Below, one piece after another: positions 13,722-25,841 of a DNA stretch of 64,000 bases. Made by a program: the position numbers and the translations under genes. The notes beneath the pieces were generated by a model. It was not told the DNA's origin and did no database searches. It saw only the letters and a list, made by a program, of their open reading frames with translations. The stretch's first letter is position 1. Each line of letters opens with the position of its first letter. Source of the DNA: Eledone cirrhosa (lineage: Eukaryota); contig OZ024744.1 of NCBI GenBank assembly GCA_964016885.1, forward strand, positions 94,364,001-94,428,000, given 5' to 3'.

Positions 13722-14019
13722 GTAAGTATTCCACTTTTTAAATATATATATAATCCTTTTGGTATTTGTTTTCAAATTAGTTATTCATTTTAGTATTACA
13801 CACTGTAAATGTTGTTAAGGACATCTAGCTGTAAAATACCCAGCCAAATTTACAGTCCTCACCGGAGCAAGGTGCGACATGGCTAACTCTGGCCAGACTT
13901 GCCTCTCGGCTTGGACAACCCGTCTACCCCATGCAAGCATGGAAAAATGACACTAAACAGTGATGATGATGGCGATGATTACTATAAAAAGATAAAAAGT
14001 AAAAGATGATTGCTATAAG

Positions 14020-14348
14020 AAGTTAAGGCAGTTAATTTCTTCAGTTCACAATCATAAAGTTGTAAGTTCAATTCTTGGACCGGGCGGCACATTGTGTCCT
14101 TTAGTGAGACGCTGTTTCACGTTGATCCAGTCCCTTTAGTTAGCAAAAATGAGTTGTACCTGTTATCTAAGGGACCACTCTTGATACACACACATTGTGT
14201 CACACAGAATCTCCCTGGGAACTATGTTAAAGGTGCACATATCTGGAATGTTCTGTCACTTGCATGTTAATTTCATAAGCAAGCAATTTCTTTGGTTGAT
14301 CGAATCAATTTGACCACTTATTGTCAGAAATGACGGAAGTCCAACTAC
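14020..14348 (+). mobile_element. Degenerate tRNA-headed SINE with a third type of 3' half
   Basis: B-box GTTCAATTC and GTGTCCTTTAGTGAGAC core similarity. Confidence 0.55.
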
Positions 14349-14525
14349 TATAAAATCAAATTCTTTAGTCATTTATAGTTATATGAAAACACATATTTTT
14401 TAGATCTATGGCGGCATGCCAGCATAACACCTCAAGGATCATATTGCTTTAAGAAAACTTCAATAGATTTTAAATTTTGAAAGAATAACATAGAATCTAA
14501 TGAAGAATTTTAATTTTGCATTTAA

Positions 14526-14716
14526 CCCTTTAGCATTTACATTACTCTATTTACTATATTATTTTCATGGTAAAGGCTTTATCTTACATAATATCGAATC
14601 TATGAGATTTTGAGAACAATACCTTAACATCAGTATTAGCGGCCGGTTACAGCTAGTTTGAACAGAAAGAGGTGAGAGAATTCTGTCCGGATATGGCCAG
14701 TTTAAATGCTAAAGGG
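14526..14716. mobile_element. piggyBac-like MITE, same family, opposite orientation
   Basis: TTAA|CCCTTTAGCATTTA...TAAATGCTAAAGGG|TTAA. Confidence 0.9.
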
Positions 14717-14815
14717 TTAAACATAGTTTTAATATTTCATTTAGACTACATTTATGCTTTCTTTTCCAAGAACCTCATTTCAATTTTTTTTTTTTTTTTT
14801 TTTCTTCTTCTATAG

Positions 14816-15099
14816 GTAACTTACTGAGTGCTCAAAGCTTTCCTAACCTAACTAGTACACCATCCACTACATCTAGCACTTTGACAACTGCTCAAACAAT
14901 GACCAACATGACTTTAAGTCAGGCACTTACTCGCAGTTTACCGTCAACTTCAAGTGAAAGTGATAATGAATTTTTGGAAAGCTGTCAAGCAAATGCCTTG
15001 TTAGCAGATCTTGATGATGAATTGATGCCTGATATAGAAAATGATGGTGATGAGAATGACGATGAAAATGAAGACGATGATTTTGACGATGTTGTGATG
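14816..15099 (+). CDS. HECTD1: HECTD1 exon (SNLLSAQSFPNLT...SESDNEFLESCQANALLADLDD...acidic tract)
   Basis: tatag| acceptor, ATG|gtgagc donor; AQSFPNL and FLESC..LLA.LDD are HECTD1 motifs. Confidence 0.92.
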
Positions 15100-15689
15100 G
15101 TGAGCTTTTCAAGATCCTTACACCCCACAGTAATTGCCGTATGTACTCGAATATAAACCAACCCCACTATTTTATGTCTGAGAAATGGACAAAAATTCAA
15201 ACCTTATTTACATAGAATTTTGAAGTTGGTAAAAATTGTCAAAATATTGACCCTGTATATAACGCTCCCTGTTTTTAACCATCGGGGTGGGGGTAATATA
15301 TTCTTCATCTTATATTTGAGTATATATGGTAGTTCTGTTGGACTAGCTACAAAAATAAGTTCAAATTTTTGTAAGAAGGGGGATATGGTCAAATAAATGG
15401 CTTCTTCTACAATGCTGGAGTCCATTCAACCTGGTATTCATTGGACACACTGGGTTATGAGTAACTTCATTATATAAGAATTTTGGTTCCTGGTTCTATG
15501 ATGCTAAAGTGTTTATATTTATTTAAAAACCTTTCATCATAATTTTATGTAAAAACCTTTCTTTGTTGGGCTATGTTCCAAACACCAACTTAATAATAAA
15601 GTTGGTTATATCACTAAGTCTCTTCAAATTCTTCAATTCTTTCAAAATTATTTGCAAATCATGTCTTCCTTAGAAATAAGTAAATGAAA

Positions 15690-15845
15690 GGGCAAATTAG
15701 CAGTCGTTAAAATATCAGATAGAATGCTTTGCAGTATTCATATCGACTCTCTACTCTCTGAGTTCAAATCGTCATGGTCGACTTTGCCTTTCGTCCATTC
15801 AAGGACGATATAAAAAAGTACCAGTCTAGTACTGGGGACAATCCT
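15690..15845 (+). mobile_element. Degenerate Nin-domain-like SINE
   Basis: GAGTTCAAATC..GGTCGACTTTGCCTTTCGTCC..AAGTACCAG. Confidence 0.65.
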
Positions 15846-16139
15846 TCTTCTATATCTCTTTCTCACTTTCTATCTTTCTCTGGCAGAAATCTGCTGTGTT
15901 CAGACCAAGAGAGAAATATAAAAAATGCCCTAGAAACGTATGTCAATACGGCACCTCTGACTTACCCAGGGGTTACAGAACCATCTCTGCATGCAATGAC
16001 AGGGTTCCTACTAAATGAATTGTTTGTATGTCATATAATACTAATGTTTTTCTTTTTGAGCTAAATCAATATTATGAAGCAATTGAATATATTTAGGATT
16101 TATATACATTGTGTTTTTTTTGTTGTTTTTTTTTTACAG

Positions 16140-16296
16140 GATGAAGATGACATTGAATGTAGAGGTGAGAAACGGAGAATGTGGGATGATGAATTTGTCT
16201 TGAAACGGCAATTTTCAGCTCTTATACCTGCCTTTGATCCACGTCCTGGTCGTACTAATGTAAATCAAACACAAGATTTTGAAATACCTGCCCCTG
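16140..16296 (+). CDS. HECTD1: HECTD1 exon ([40 protein letters not shown])
   Basis: Strongly conserved HECTD1 signature; canonical splice sites, phase 0-1. Confidence 0.96.
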
Positions 16297-16829
16297 GTAT
16301 GTTTATTTCTGATGAAATAATTTATAAAGTTTTGTAATTGGTTCAAATATTTATTGTTCTGGTCATGCTTGGAGTGTCACTGCAAAATGTGAAAAATGAG
16401 TAGATTGATTAAGCAAAATATTCTACAGGAACGTAAACATACTTTAACAGGTTGCCAGATTGATTTCATTAAAAAGTAGCACACAATATTCAAAATATGT
16501 GGCTCATTGTGTTAGAAAATAACACAAAAGGGAAATTTTGCTTGGGGATTAAAATAATTATATCTATGCTCTGCGAAACGCGCATTACAGGTTGATACAC
16601 AATAAATATCATATACATGTAAACAAAACTTGTTTTCTTCTAATATATATATATATATGAGAGAGAGAATGGGGGGGGGGGGGGGGATAAATTAGGTATG
16701 AGACCTGTTTATTATCAAATGCTAAAAAGCTGACTGTATTAATCACTTATAGAAGAATACAGAGCATAATTTTTAAATCACCTGACAAAGAAGGTATTTC
16801 AAATTATTTTATTAATGTCTACACACATC

Positions 16830-17115
16830 ATCCTTCTTCTCTTCTCTTCTTTGCCCACTTATTACTGAGATGGTCGTGGAGGAAGGGTCCTCAAATACTC
16901 CTTCCAGTGGGTCCTGTCAGAAGCAACCATTTCCAACTGATCCAGTTGGATCTCTAAGCTCATGGATGTTATCCAACCATCTTGCTCAGGGTCTACCTCT
17001 GGGTCTCCTGCCAGTTGGTTTTGCCCGTATCGGAGAGGTAGTGGCTCTACTTGGAGTGACTCTCTGAGATCAGAGAGTCATTCCAGGTAGAGTCGCTACT
17101 TCTCTAAATTGAGAT
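16830..17115 (-). mobile_element. LINE 3' end of another RTE-like family with a (GAA)n-like tail
   Basis: Similar to the + copy at 28830-29106 (ATAAGTGGGC..AGAAGA). Confidence 0.6.
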
Positions 17116-17594
17116 ATCGTAGTTCCAATAGTATGGGTATGTGGTTAGAATGTCTCATCCAAATCCCAAATTAATACCCTGACAATGCTTTAGTATTACC
17201 TGGTAATATTGAAGTTGTAACACATGTAGACATTAATAAAATGGTTTGAAATACCTTTGGTTGTCAGGTGATTTAAAAATATGTGTGTATGTATGTGTTA
17301 GTCTTATTGCATTCAACATCGCAGATGGTGATAATTGTTTGTCCCACATAAGGTGATCCCCATTGCTTAGTGGTTAGATATACAGAGATCTGAACCTTAC
17401 TCAAAAATCAGCTATGGGTTGATGTCAGGAAGTGCACTCAGCTATAGAATTCTCCTTAAAAAGAATCTTGTCCACCCCATTCCAGTATTGAAAAGCAGGC
17501 ACAAAACTAATGGTGATGGTTTATAGATCTTATATATCTACTTGCCATGGAAATTTCTTATATTGAACAGAAAAATATCTTGTAATTGATATTC

Positions 17595-17597
<3 letters not shown>

Positions 17598-17627
<30 letters not shown>

Positions 17628-17690
17628 CATTTTTCATTTTTCATTTTTCATTTTTCATTTTTCATTTTTCATTTTTCATTTTTCATTTTT
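17598..17690 (+). repeat. poly(T) + (TTTTCA)n forming the polypyrimidine tract of the exon at 17697
   Basis: Directly visible. Confidence 0.9.
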
Positions 17691-17696
17691 AACTAG

Positions 17697-17785
17697 GTTC
17701 TGAAGATAGCTCAATACTTGAATTAAGCAACCAAGTCCCTCAACCACGTCTTGCTTTATTTCTAAAAGCACCAGCTACTACAGGA
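17697..17785 (+). CDS. HECTD1: HECTD1 exon (SEDSSILELSNQVPQPRLALFLKAPATTG)
   Basis: ctag| acceptor, |gtatgt donor, phase 1-0; PRLAL motif. Confidence 0.88.
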
Positions 17786-18469
17786 GTATGTCATTTATTA
17801 ATGCATTTTCTTAATTCCTTTTTTTTTTTTTTTTTTTTTTTTTAATGGGGAAAAGTAGAATGATTTTACACTTTAATTTTTAATTTGATGCAATTATTGT
17901 GCTGTGTTGTACTTTTCAAGAATGCTTTGCTAATGTGGTTTTGTGTGCTACAGGATATTAATAGTTTTAATGGATCTTAAATTGTTTACATATACAAATT
18001 ATTGTTTTAAGATGGAAAAGCAAAAAATGTTGTACTGAAATGAATTCAAATAGATACATCATTCAAATAGATACATCATTTTGATAATTGTAATTTTCAG
18101 TTGAAAAAATTGCTTGTGAATTGAAATGAATTTGAGAAACATTAACATCATTATTTAATGTCCGTTTTCCCTGCTAGCAAGGGTTGGACAGGTCCATACA
18201 GACCAAGTGAGTTCTGAAGCAGGGCCACTGACATTCCTGACAGGCCAGGGAGATCTGTATCCCGCTTGCTTATGGTCATTTTCTGGTGCAGAGGAGAAGT
18301 TGTTGTTTTTTGACAGAAACTGAAGGATCCTCATAACCCCTTGTTTGGCAAGCTTTCTACAGCTAGATGCCCTTCTTAATGCCAACCTCTTTACAGCATG
18401 TACTGTAAAGAATCCTTAATTCAAAAACATATTTTTCAAATTATGTCTGAATAAAAATTGTATTTTTAG

Positions 18470-18600
18470 ATGGATGAAATTGAAATTTATATGGGTGAAG
18501 AAAATGCATGCATCTTTAAATATGTCCAACAATTACGGGTGCAAGGTGGAAGTAATGGACGAAGTGAAAGATTGAAAAGAATATGGGAACCAACTTACAT
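18470..18600 (+). CDS. HECTD1: HECTD1 exon (MDEIEI...IFKYVQQL...ERLKRIWEPTY)
   Basis: RIWEPTY motif; tttag| acceptor, AT|gtaaga donor, phase 0-2. Confidence 0.93.
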
Positions 18601-18800
18601 GTAAGAACACTGAATTTTATTTAACCATTTTTTAATTTTTTAAGCTTACTAACTTTTCACATTTAAAATAATGGTTTAAAAACTTTTTTTTTTTAATATA
18701 TATCAAAATATTATATATAATATTTGATTATTTATATTCATATTAAAACATTTTGGATTATCATTTTAAAAAATTAATATATTTGAAAATTAGCAATTCT

Positions 18801-19290
18801 TCATCATCATCATCGTTTAACGTCTATCTTCCACGCTAGCATGGGTTTAGGCGGGAATTGTCCCACTTGAGGCAAGATTGGTCGTCTCGCTTGTATGGGA
18901 CTGTCTGGCAGGTTTTCTACGGCTGGATGCCGTTCCTAACACCAACCACGTTTAGTGTGGACTGGGAGGTTTTTACCGTGTTACCTACACGGCCACATTA
19001 CAGCGTGGACTGTGTTTTTTTGTCGTGACACCAACACAACCTCATTTATTTAGGACTGGATGTTGTGGTACCAACATAACTTTACAGAGAAAGGGGTAGT
19101 GGGAGGGGGGGTATATTTGATTAAGAGGTGCCTACTGACTATAGGTTTCGCCCTGTACTTAGGTAAGACGGCTTTCTGTATTACTGCATAGCGCCAAAGA
19201 TCTCGGTCCAGTGACATTGTCTTAGAGAGGTGTAAGGTCGGAATTTATCAAATCATCCCAGGTTTTTCTGGGTCTGCCTACTCCGTAACT
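18801..19290 (-). mobile_element. Truncated RTE LINE 3' end
   Basis: (CAT)n tail, shared 3'UTR with degenerate 48-mer units, reverse strand encodes GRPRKTWDDLINSDL. Confidence 0.85.
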
Positions 19291-19396
19291 TCTGTCAATT
19301 TATATTATATATAACATATAATTTATTTTCTTATATAATTACTGAAGAGTATAACTTTGTTCTTAATGATAACGAATACATTTACCTTTGTTTCAG

Positions 19397-19448
19397 AATT
19401 ACTTACAGAGAATTGAAAGAAGGTGAATCTAAATCAGATTTATCAAAT
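19397..19448 (+). CDS. HECTD1: HECTD1 short exon (IITYRELKEGESKSDLSN)
   Basis: ttcag| acceptor, |gtaagt donor, phase 2-0; continues the WEPTYxIxYRE motif. Confidence 0.88.
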
Positions 19449-19685
19449 GTAAGTTTTTCTTTTTATTAATTCAAACATTGGCATAAATTCAATATAATTA
19501 ACTTAATGCATCATCTTTTTTTTCTTTTTTCTTTTTTTTTTTTTAACATACTAGTAATATTTTAGAGGATATTTTCTGTATGTGTCAGAGAAAACAAATC
19601 AAAATCATCACTTTTAAATATAGGATCACAAAAAAAGAATAGTTAAAACAAGTTAACACTATTTTTAATTAAATATTTATATGTA

Positions 19686-19997
19686 CAGTTGTCCCCCGGT
19701 ATTCATGGGGGTTACCTAAAGCATATGTAAAGAGTGAAAAAACGCAAGTATTGGATGTGGTCCATAAAAATGTCTATTAACATCAAAACATAACATCAAA
19801 TATAGGCCAGCAAATACGGTATATTGTTATTAATAATTTAGTGTGAAAAAATATATATTGCCACGAAAAAAGCTATATAAAAATTGCGGAAGATAGTTAT
19901 GATTTTGCGAACATGCGGTAGTTTACACCAACTATTAGTGAGGTTCTAAGGAAAATAAGTTACAAATAACAGGGACTGGAAATGCTGGGGTACACTG
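19686..19997. mobile_element. Tc1/mariner (pogo/Tigger-like) non-autonomous element
   Basis: TA|CAGTTGTCCCCCGGTATTC...AATGCTGGGGTACACTG|TA. Confidence 0.7.
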
Positions 19998-20007
19998 TAT
20001 ATATATA

Positions 20008-20201
20008 TAAGTGTAAAGGCTATGTTCAAGCACATAGATTCTTTAAAATAGGGTGAAGACCTTTAAAAGACAGAAAAATAGGTTTCCTGCCATTAGCTGC
20101 AATGAGGAAATGAACCCCCAAAGACATCTTTTTCTGTCTTTTAAGGGTCTTCACCCTATTTTATAGCATTTATGCACTTGAGCACATCATCCTTTATACT
20201 T
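20008..20201. repeat. Fold-back element with ~70-bp inverted arms
   Basis: TAAAATAGGGTGAAGACCTTTAAAAGACAGAAAAA pairs with TTTTTCTGTCTTTTAAGGGTCTTCACCCTATTTTA; arms extend imperfectly. Confidence 0.85.
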
Positions 20202-20296
20202 ATATTCTCAGCACTTAAAAGTCCAAAAATTCAGCTTATGTACATTGTTTAAATATTTAACTTTTTTTTTTTTTTTTTTTTTTTCCTTTCCTTTAG

Positions 20297-20477
20297 GATT
20301 GCCAATCGAGTATAACATCATTGAATGAAAATTTCCCTATTTCAATGCGACTCCTCAGTGAATGGGAGTCTCCTTCTAATAATGATCCAACAGCATGTAC
20401 TGTGGATCATGTTCTTAGGTTATTACAATTATGCCATTCGATATTTATTGATGGAACATCAAATTGTAATATCACAG
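20297..20477 (+). CDS. HECTD1: HECTD1 exon (DCQSS...CTVDHVLRLLQLCH...)
   Basis: tttag| acceptor, G|gtaaat donor, phase 0-1; resembles the C.VEDVLQLL motif. Confidence 0.88.
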
Positions 20478-20992
20478 GTAAATTTTATTTTATTAACACT
20501 TTCACCACTTTTACCACCATATTTCTAATGAAAGACATTGTCTGATTTTCAAATCATTTTGAACATAATGTAACAAAATTTTCTTAGATAAAATTATGAT
20601 GGACAGTTTTTTATGAATATTAACACTTTAACCTTTTTGTTAGCATATTTCTAATGAAAGATACTGCTTAGGGATTTAATAAAATAACTAAATTTCCCAT
20701 TATAAGCTGATATTTGGAATATAACTTAACAAAATTTTCTTAGATAAAATTATCTTTAGACATTAAAAAAAACATTATACATGACCTAAAAAGTACATTA
20801 CTAGAAGTCTCATACGTTATAAAATAAATAGGATAGGTTGGAGTCTCTATGTAAACTAAACGACTAATTTGGTTTTTTTTTTTTTAAATCAACTGAGACA
20901 ACCTCGAAAAATTTGAAATTTTCAACATGTCAGCTTATGTTTAATAGAAAAAATAAGCTGAATGAATACTTTGACTTATTTATCTTTGTTAT

Positions 20993-21362
20993 TCATCATC
21001 ATCGTTTAACGTCCATCTTCCACGCTAGCATGGGTTAGACGGTTTTGTTTCATTTGATGCGGGAATAGTCAGGAGACCATTTCTCGCTCGCACGGAAGTC
21101 CCTCTGGCAGGTTTTTTACAGCTAAGTGCCCTTCCTAACACCGACCACATTTACAGTGTGGACTGGGAGCCTTTTTACTGTGTCTTCTACACGGCCACCT
21201 TACAGTGTTGACTGTTGTGTCATCGACACAGTGGACAGAACAGAAGAGGTAGTAGGGGTGGAGTGTACATTGGGTTAAGAGCTGCCTATTGACTGTAGGT
21301 TTGTATGCAATGGCAGTCGGGTCTTCTGTACAACTGCATGGCGCCAAAGGTCTTGATCCAGT
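20993..21362 (-). mobile_element. RTE 3'UTR fragment
   Basis: CATCATCGTTTAACGTCCATCTTCCACGCTAGCATGGGTTAGACGG tail. Confidence 0.8.
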
Positions 21363-21545
21363 TATTATAGGTGTATAAACAGTAAGATTATTTTAATAGT
21401 TTAGATAGTTCTTTTTCTCATTAACTTCATGAGAAGGGATTATTAGAGTTATCTTTAAAATGTTGAACATAAAAAGAATACAGAAAATATGTATCTATTT
21501 TTTTTAAATGTTTACTGTATGTGTCTATCTTTGCTTCTTCTCCAG

Positions 21546-21625
21546 ACCATATTTCTAAACTTGACGTCCATCCCGAAGACTTTATTTCTAAAAAGCTTAC
21601 CAATAAAGTTGGACAACAAATACAA
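21546..21625 (+). CDS. HECTD1: HECTD1 exon (DHISKLDVHPEDFISKKLTNKVGQQIQ)
   Basis: F.SKK.T.K..QQI motif of HECTD1/TRIP12-type ligases; canonical splice sites. Confidence 0.92.
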
Positions 21626-22217
21626 GTAAGTTTTTAATTATCATGTGTACTTGAATATGTCAAGGAAGATGTGACCAAAAGAATTTATGGTAAAATGATG
21701 TTGGGGTTGGGGGTCAGCTTATATATGCCGTCTAAACAATGTGTTGATTAATTGCCTTGGATTTTTGTCCATTACTCAAACATAAAATGGAGTGTGTTGG
21801 CTTATATATACGCCATCTAAACAATTAGCTGCCTCGCCTTATAAATGGGGTTCAGATTTTTGTCCATTTTACTGACATGAAATGGGAAGTGGTTATATTC
21901 AAGTATATCTGGTAGTTTTATTTTTAATGCTAATTTCTATTTTCAACATTCTATTTAACTATTAAGACGGTTAATATAATGTTGTCATAGTCTCCACAAG
22001 TGTTGAAGCATATAACATTACACCATGTTATAATGAAGTTTTGCTTGGTTTTAACTGTTATCCTTTTGCTATTAAGAATTAACATTATTTTATATTTAAA
22101 ACATGTAAAGTCAAAATAGTGATACTAAATTTATATAATTATTACTGCAGAAAACTATTCAATTAATACGGCTTATTACAATCTTGTAAGAGCAGTAAAC
22201 ATTTGAATACATATTTA

Positions 22218-22430
22218 AGGTGCAGGCATGGCTGTGTGGTTAAGAAGTTTGCTTCACAACCACATGGTCTTTAGTTCTATCCCACTGTATGGCACCTTGA
22301 ACAAAATGTATTTTACAGTAGCCTAGGGCCAACCAATGCCTCGTGGGTGAAAGTTGGTAACGAGGCTCATCAAGTATGTGAATACATGTGTGTATTTGTT
22401 TGTCTCCTCTCTTCACATTTGACATCGCAG
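22218..22430 (+). mobile_element. tRNA-like SINE head of another family
   Basis: TGGCTGTGTGGTTAAG A-box-like; GTTCTATCCC B-box-like. Confidence 0.55.
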
Positions 22431-23224
22431 GTAGTTATATTTGTTTATATTGCTTGTAAATAGAAGTCCTGTAGCTCGGGAGTTAGACATGCAACAATCC
22501 TTCTTCCTAAACACTTTTAACCCGGGCTGCAGCAACAAAATCCCTCCGCCACATGTCTTGGTCCAACATCACTGCCTTGAGGTACTGGACGGTGTGAAGG
22601 ATGGTGTCTTTGATCAGGTTGTCGATGTAAAGTGTATCACCCATGAAAAGGGTTCCAAAGGAGTAACTTGGATGCTTCCAGTTCAGGCTGTCACATACAA
22701 TGACCAGATACGTGGAGACGTCTTTCCCTGATCTTTTTGCTGACTATCATGTTGCTGCCATTTCACATTAAGGGGCATTTTTACTTTACTTTAAAAAAAA
22801 AAAAACAATCAGAGCTTAGCTTCAGCAAGGAAGAGTATCCAGTTGTAGGATTCTACTTTAAAAAGAAAGTAGTCAAATCCATGTCAACATAGAAAAAAAA
22901 GCAATTAAAAAACTGACAATGATATAATGATAATATTTATACAAGTTTAACAAAGGAAGGAATTTCTTAGCTTGATGTCTTTTAACCATTTCATGACAGC
23001 GGTTCTAATTAAATACTCTATTTTCATTAATTAATGAAGAATTTTGAAGGATTTACTCAAATTATTTACTATTTCATTACTAAGATTGAAACTTAATGTA
23101 AAGTTCTTATATAAAATTATGTTGGGAGAAAATGAGTGGTTTTATTTCATAGGACCCGAGCCAGTTTTGGCCTGGTTGGTAACTAACATTCTATTTTACA
23201 TTTATTTATTTATTTATTTGCTAG

Positions 23225-23352
23225 GATCCACTAGTATTAGCTAGCAATGCATTGCCTGATTGGTGTGAACAATTAACCAAATGGTGTCCCATGCTCTTCC
23301 CATTTGAAACCAAGCAACTATATTTCAGTTGCACAGCTTTTGGAACATCAAG
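23225..23352 (+). CDS. HECTD1: HECTD1 exon ([43 protein letters not shown])
   Basis: [15 protein letters not shown] motif; ctag| acceptor, AG|gtaaga donor. Confidence 0.95.
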
Positions 23353-23414
23353 GTAAGAAGGCTTATTGCAATTTACCATTGCATTTTTCTACCTTTTTAA
23401 ATTATTGATTTGCA

Positions 23415-23718
23415 TATGACAAAAAGCACCCAACCCACACTGTAAAGTGGTCGTGTAGGTGTCACAACAAAAAGGGCCCAGTCCACACTGTAAAGTGGTT
23501 GTGTAGGTGTCACAATAAAAAGGGCCCAGTCCACACTGTAAAGTGGTCATGTAGGTGTCACGACAAAAGGCACCCAGTGTACACTGTAAATGTGGTTGGC
23601 GTTGGGAAAGTAATCCAGCTGTAGAAAGCAAGACACCATCACCTGACCCAAACTTGCCTTAAATGTGACAACCCAATCAACCCATGCTTGCGTGGAAAAT
23701 GGACATTAAATGATGATA
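23415..23718 (+). mobile_element. RTE tail with 4 copies of the 48-mer
   Basis: Four CACTGTAAA units, then CCCATGCTTGCGTGGAAAATGGACATTAAATGATGAT. Confidence 0.88.
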
Positions 23719-23811
23719 GGAAAATCTAGATTTCATATAGGCCTCTAATAAAAACAACTCCAAATCAAAACAAAGTTCATTAACTTCTCACAGGTTTTAT
23801 TCACCATTAAT

Positions 23812-24150
23812 AGAGGCACATGGCTTAGTGGTTAGAGCATTGGCCTTGCAATCGAAAGGTTGTGAGTTCAATTCTCAGACCGGGTGATGTGTTGTTTCCT
23901 TGAGCAAGACACTTTATTTCACATTGCTCCTGTTTACTCAGCTGTAGAAATGAGATGATAGGGACTAGGGTCCATATCAATCCACTGCAAAGTGGTCGTG
24001 GAAGTGCCACAGCAAAAAAAAAAAAGCGCCCAGCACTCACTGTAAATGAGGTTGGTGTTAGGAAGGGCATCCAGCTGTAGAAATCAAGCCAAAATCAGTT
24101 CCTATCCCAGCCTTGCAAGCAGGGAAAAGCGGACGTAAAATGAATGAATG
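23812..24150 (+). mobile_element. tRNA-headed SINE with RTE-derived 3' tail
   Basis: A-box TGGCTTAGTGG, B-box GTTCAATTC, core CCTTGAGCAAGACACTTTATTTCAC, RTE-like tail, (GAAT)n end. Confidence 0.88.
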
Positions 24151-24279
24151 TTACATTTATTTCTGTTAATCCTTTCTTAGTAGATTGTCTGCTGTGTTTT
24201 TTTTTTCATGCACTGAATTGTGTCTGTACATGGTTCTTTTTCTTGTAAGTGTTCATTCATATTTCGGCTATTTCTTCAG

Positions 24280-24478
24280 AGCAATTGTATGGTTACAAAA
24301 TAAGAGAGATGCTGTTCTTGAACGAAACAGAGGGCCAACTCCAAGAAGGGATGACACACATGAATACCGAATAGGTCGACTAAAGCATGAAAGGGTCAAA
24401 GTTCCACGTGGAGACCAGTTACTAGAATGGGCCCTTCAAGTTATGCGTTTCCATGCTCGCAGAAAATCCATTTTGGAA
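24280..24478 (+). CDS. HECTD1: HECTD1 exon ([11 protein letters not shown]...[13 protein letters not shown]...KSILE)
   Basis: RAIVWLQ and [12 protein letters not shown] motifs; phase 2-0. Confidence 0.96.
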
Positions 24479-25263
24479 GTAAGTTGTAATTCCGTTTTTT
24501 TTTTTGGGGGGGGGGGTATAGGTCTATTGGTCAAGTATATGAAGTATTGGATCTCAGCTCTATAGATTTCTCATCTGTGTGACCTGAACATGGTTATCAA
24601 GACCCTGATTCTATTTAAAAAGATTTGTTTCCTAATTTCCAATTGTCAAAATAATTTTAGTTTTTTTTAATCAGATATCCGTCAGTGAGTTGTTAACACT
24701 AACGACTTTGAAAGGAGAAAACTATTGATCTTCTGTGAATGATACATTGGTGTCGGGATATCCCCAGCTTTACAGGGGAGATTTGGACTCAGTATTAAAA
24801 GTTAACATCATTGCTAACAAAACTGAACTGCGCTTTTGAGATCTTGCCTACACTCAGTGCAATATTGATAGATAAAAACTGTTGAAGGTTTGGCTTGTGG
24901 GCAGATACCCTATATGCTTGGCTGGTTGCAATACTTATTAAATAATTGAAATTTTGTAGAAAAAATTCACTCCACCCTGAGAGATGATCATACTGGTGCC
25001 ATGGCAAAAAAGCACCCAGTCAACTCTGTAATGTAGTTGGTGTTAAGAAGGGTATCCAGCCATTGAAAACCAAGCCAAAAACGAATCATATCAACAGTGT
25101 ATGGTCAGTTGACCTGTCTAGCCCTCGTAGTATGGCAGCCCATCATAAACATGCAAGTATGGAAAATTGATGTTAAAAAGTGATGACGATGATCATGTAT
25201 AATTTTTGTAAAATGTTCATACTCGTTTTTTTTTAAATTGCTTTTTTTTTTTCTTTTTTTTAG

Positions 25264-25401
25264 ATTGAATTCATTGGGGAGGAAGGCACAGGACTTGGAC
25301 CTACACTTGAATTCTATGCCCTTATTGCTGCAGAATTGCAGAGAAAGTCTCTTGGACTTTGGTTGTGTGATGATGATATTGTTGACACAACTGAACGTGA
25401 G
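25264..25401 (+). CDS. HECTD1: HECTD1 exon, HECT N-lobe ([28 protein letters not shown]...WLCDD)
   Basis: [14 protein letters not shown] motif; 138 nt, phase 0-0. Confidence 0.96.
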
Positions 25402-25423
25402 GTGAATATATAAAAAAATTTAA

Positions 25424-25841
25424 CCCTTTAGCATTTACATTACTCTATATATAATATTGTATTCTCACGGTAAAGGTTTTATCTTACATAATATCGAATC
25501 ACTGAAATTTTGATATTATTTATTTTGAGAACAATACCTTAGTGTCGGTATGAGTGGCCGGTTAAGACCAGTTTGAACAGAAAGAGGTGAGAGAATTCTG
25601 GCTGGATACAGCCAGTTTAAATGCTAAAGGGTTAACCCTTTACCATTTACATTACTCTATATTTACTATTGTATTTTCACAGTAAAGGCTTTCTCACATA
25701 ATATTGAATCTTTGAGATTTTGATATTATTTATTTTGAGAACAATACCTTAACATCAGTATGAGCGGCCAGTTACAGCCGGATTGAATTGAAAGAGGCGA
25801 GAGAATTCTGGCCAGATACAGCCAGTTTAAATGCTAATTGG
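25424..25841. mobile_element. Two tandem piggyBac-like MITEs (25424-25631, 25636-25841)
   Basis: Central GGG|TTAA|CCC junction, TTAA at both outer ends. Confidence 0.9.

Noticed and set aside
22441-22760. 96-aa + strand ORF
   Set aside because: Appears to be the antisense of a degenerate LINE ORF2 end; not needed for HECTD1 exon phase continuity
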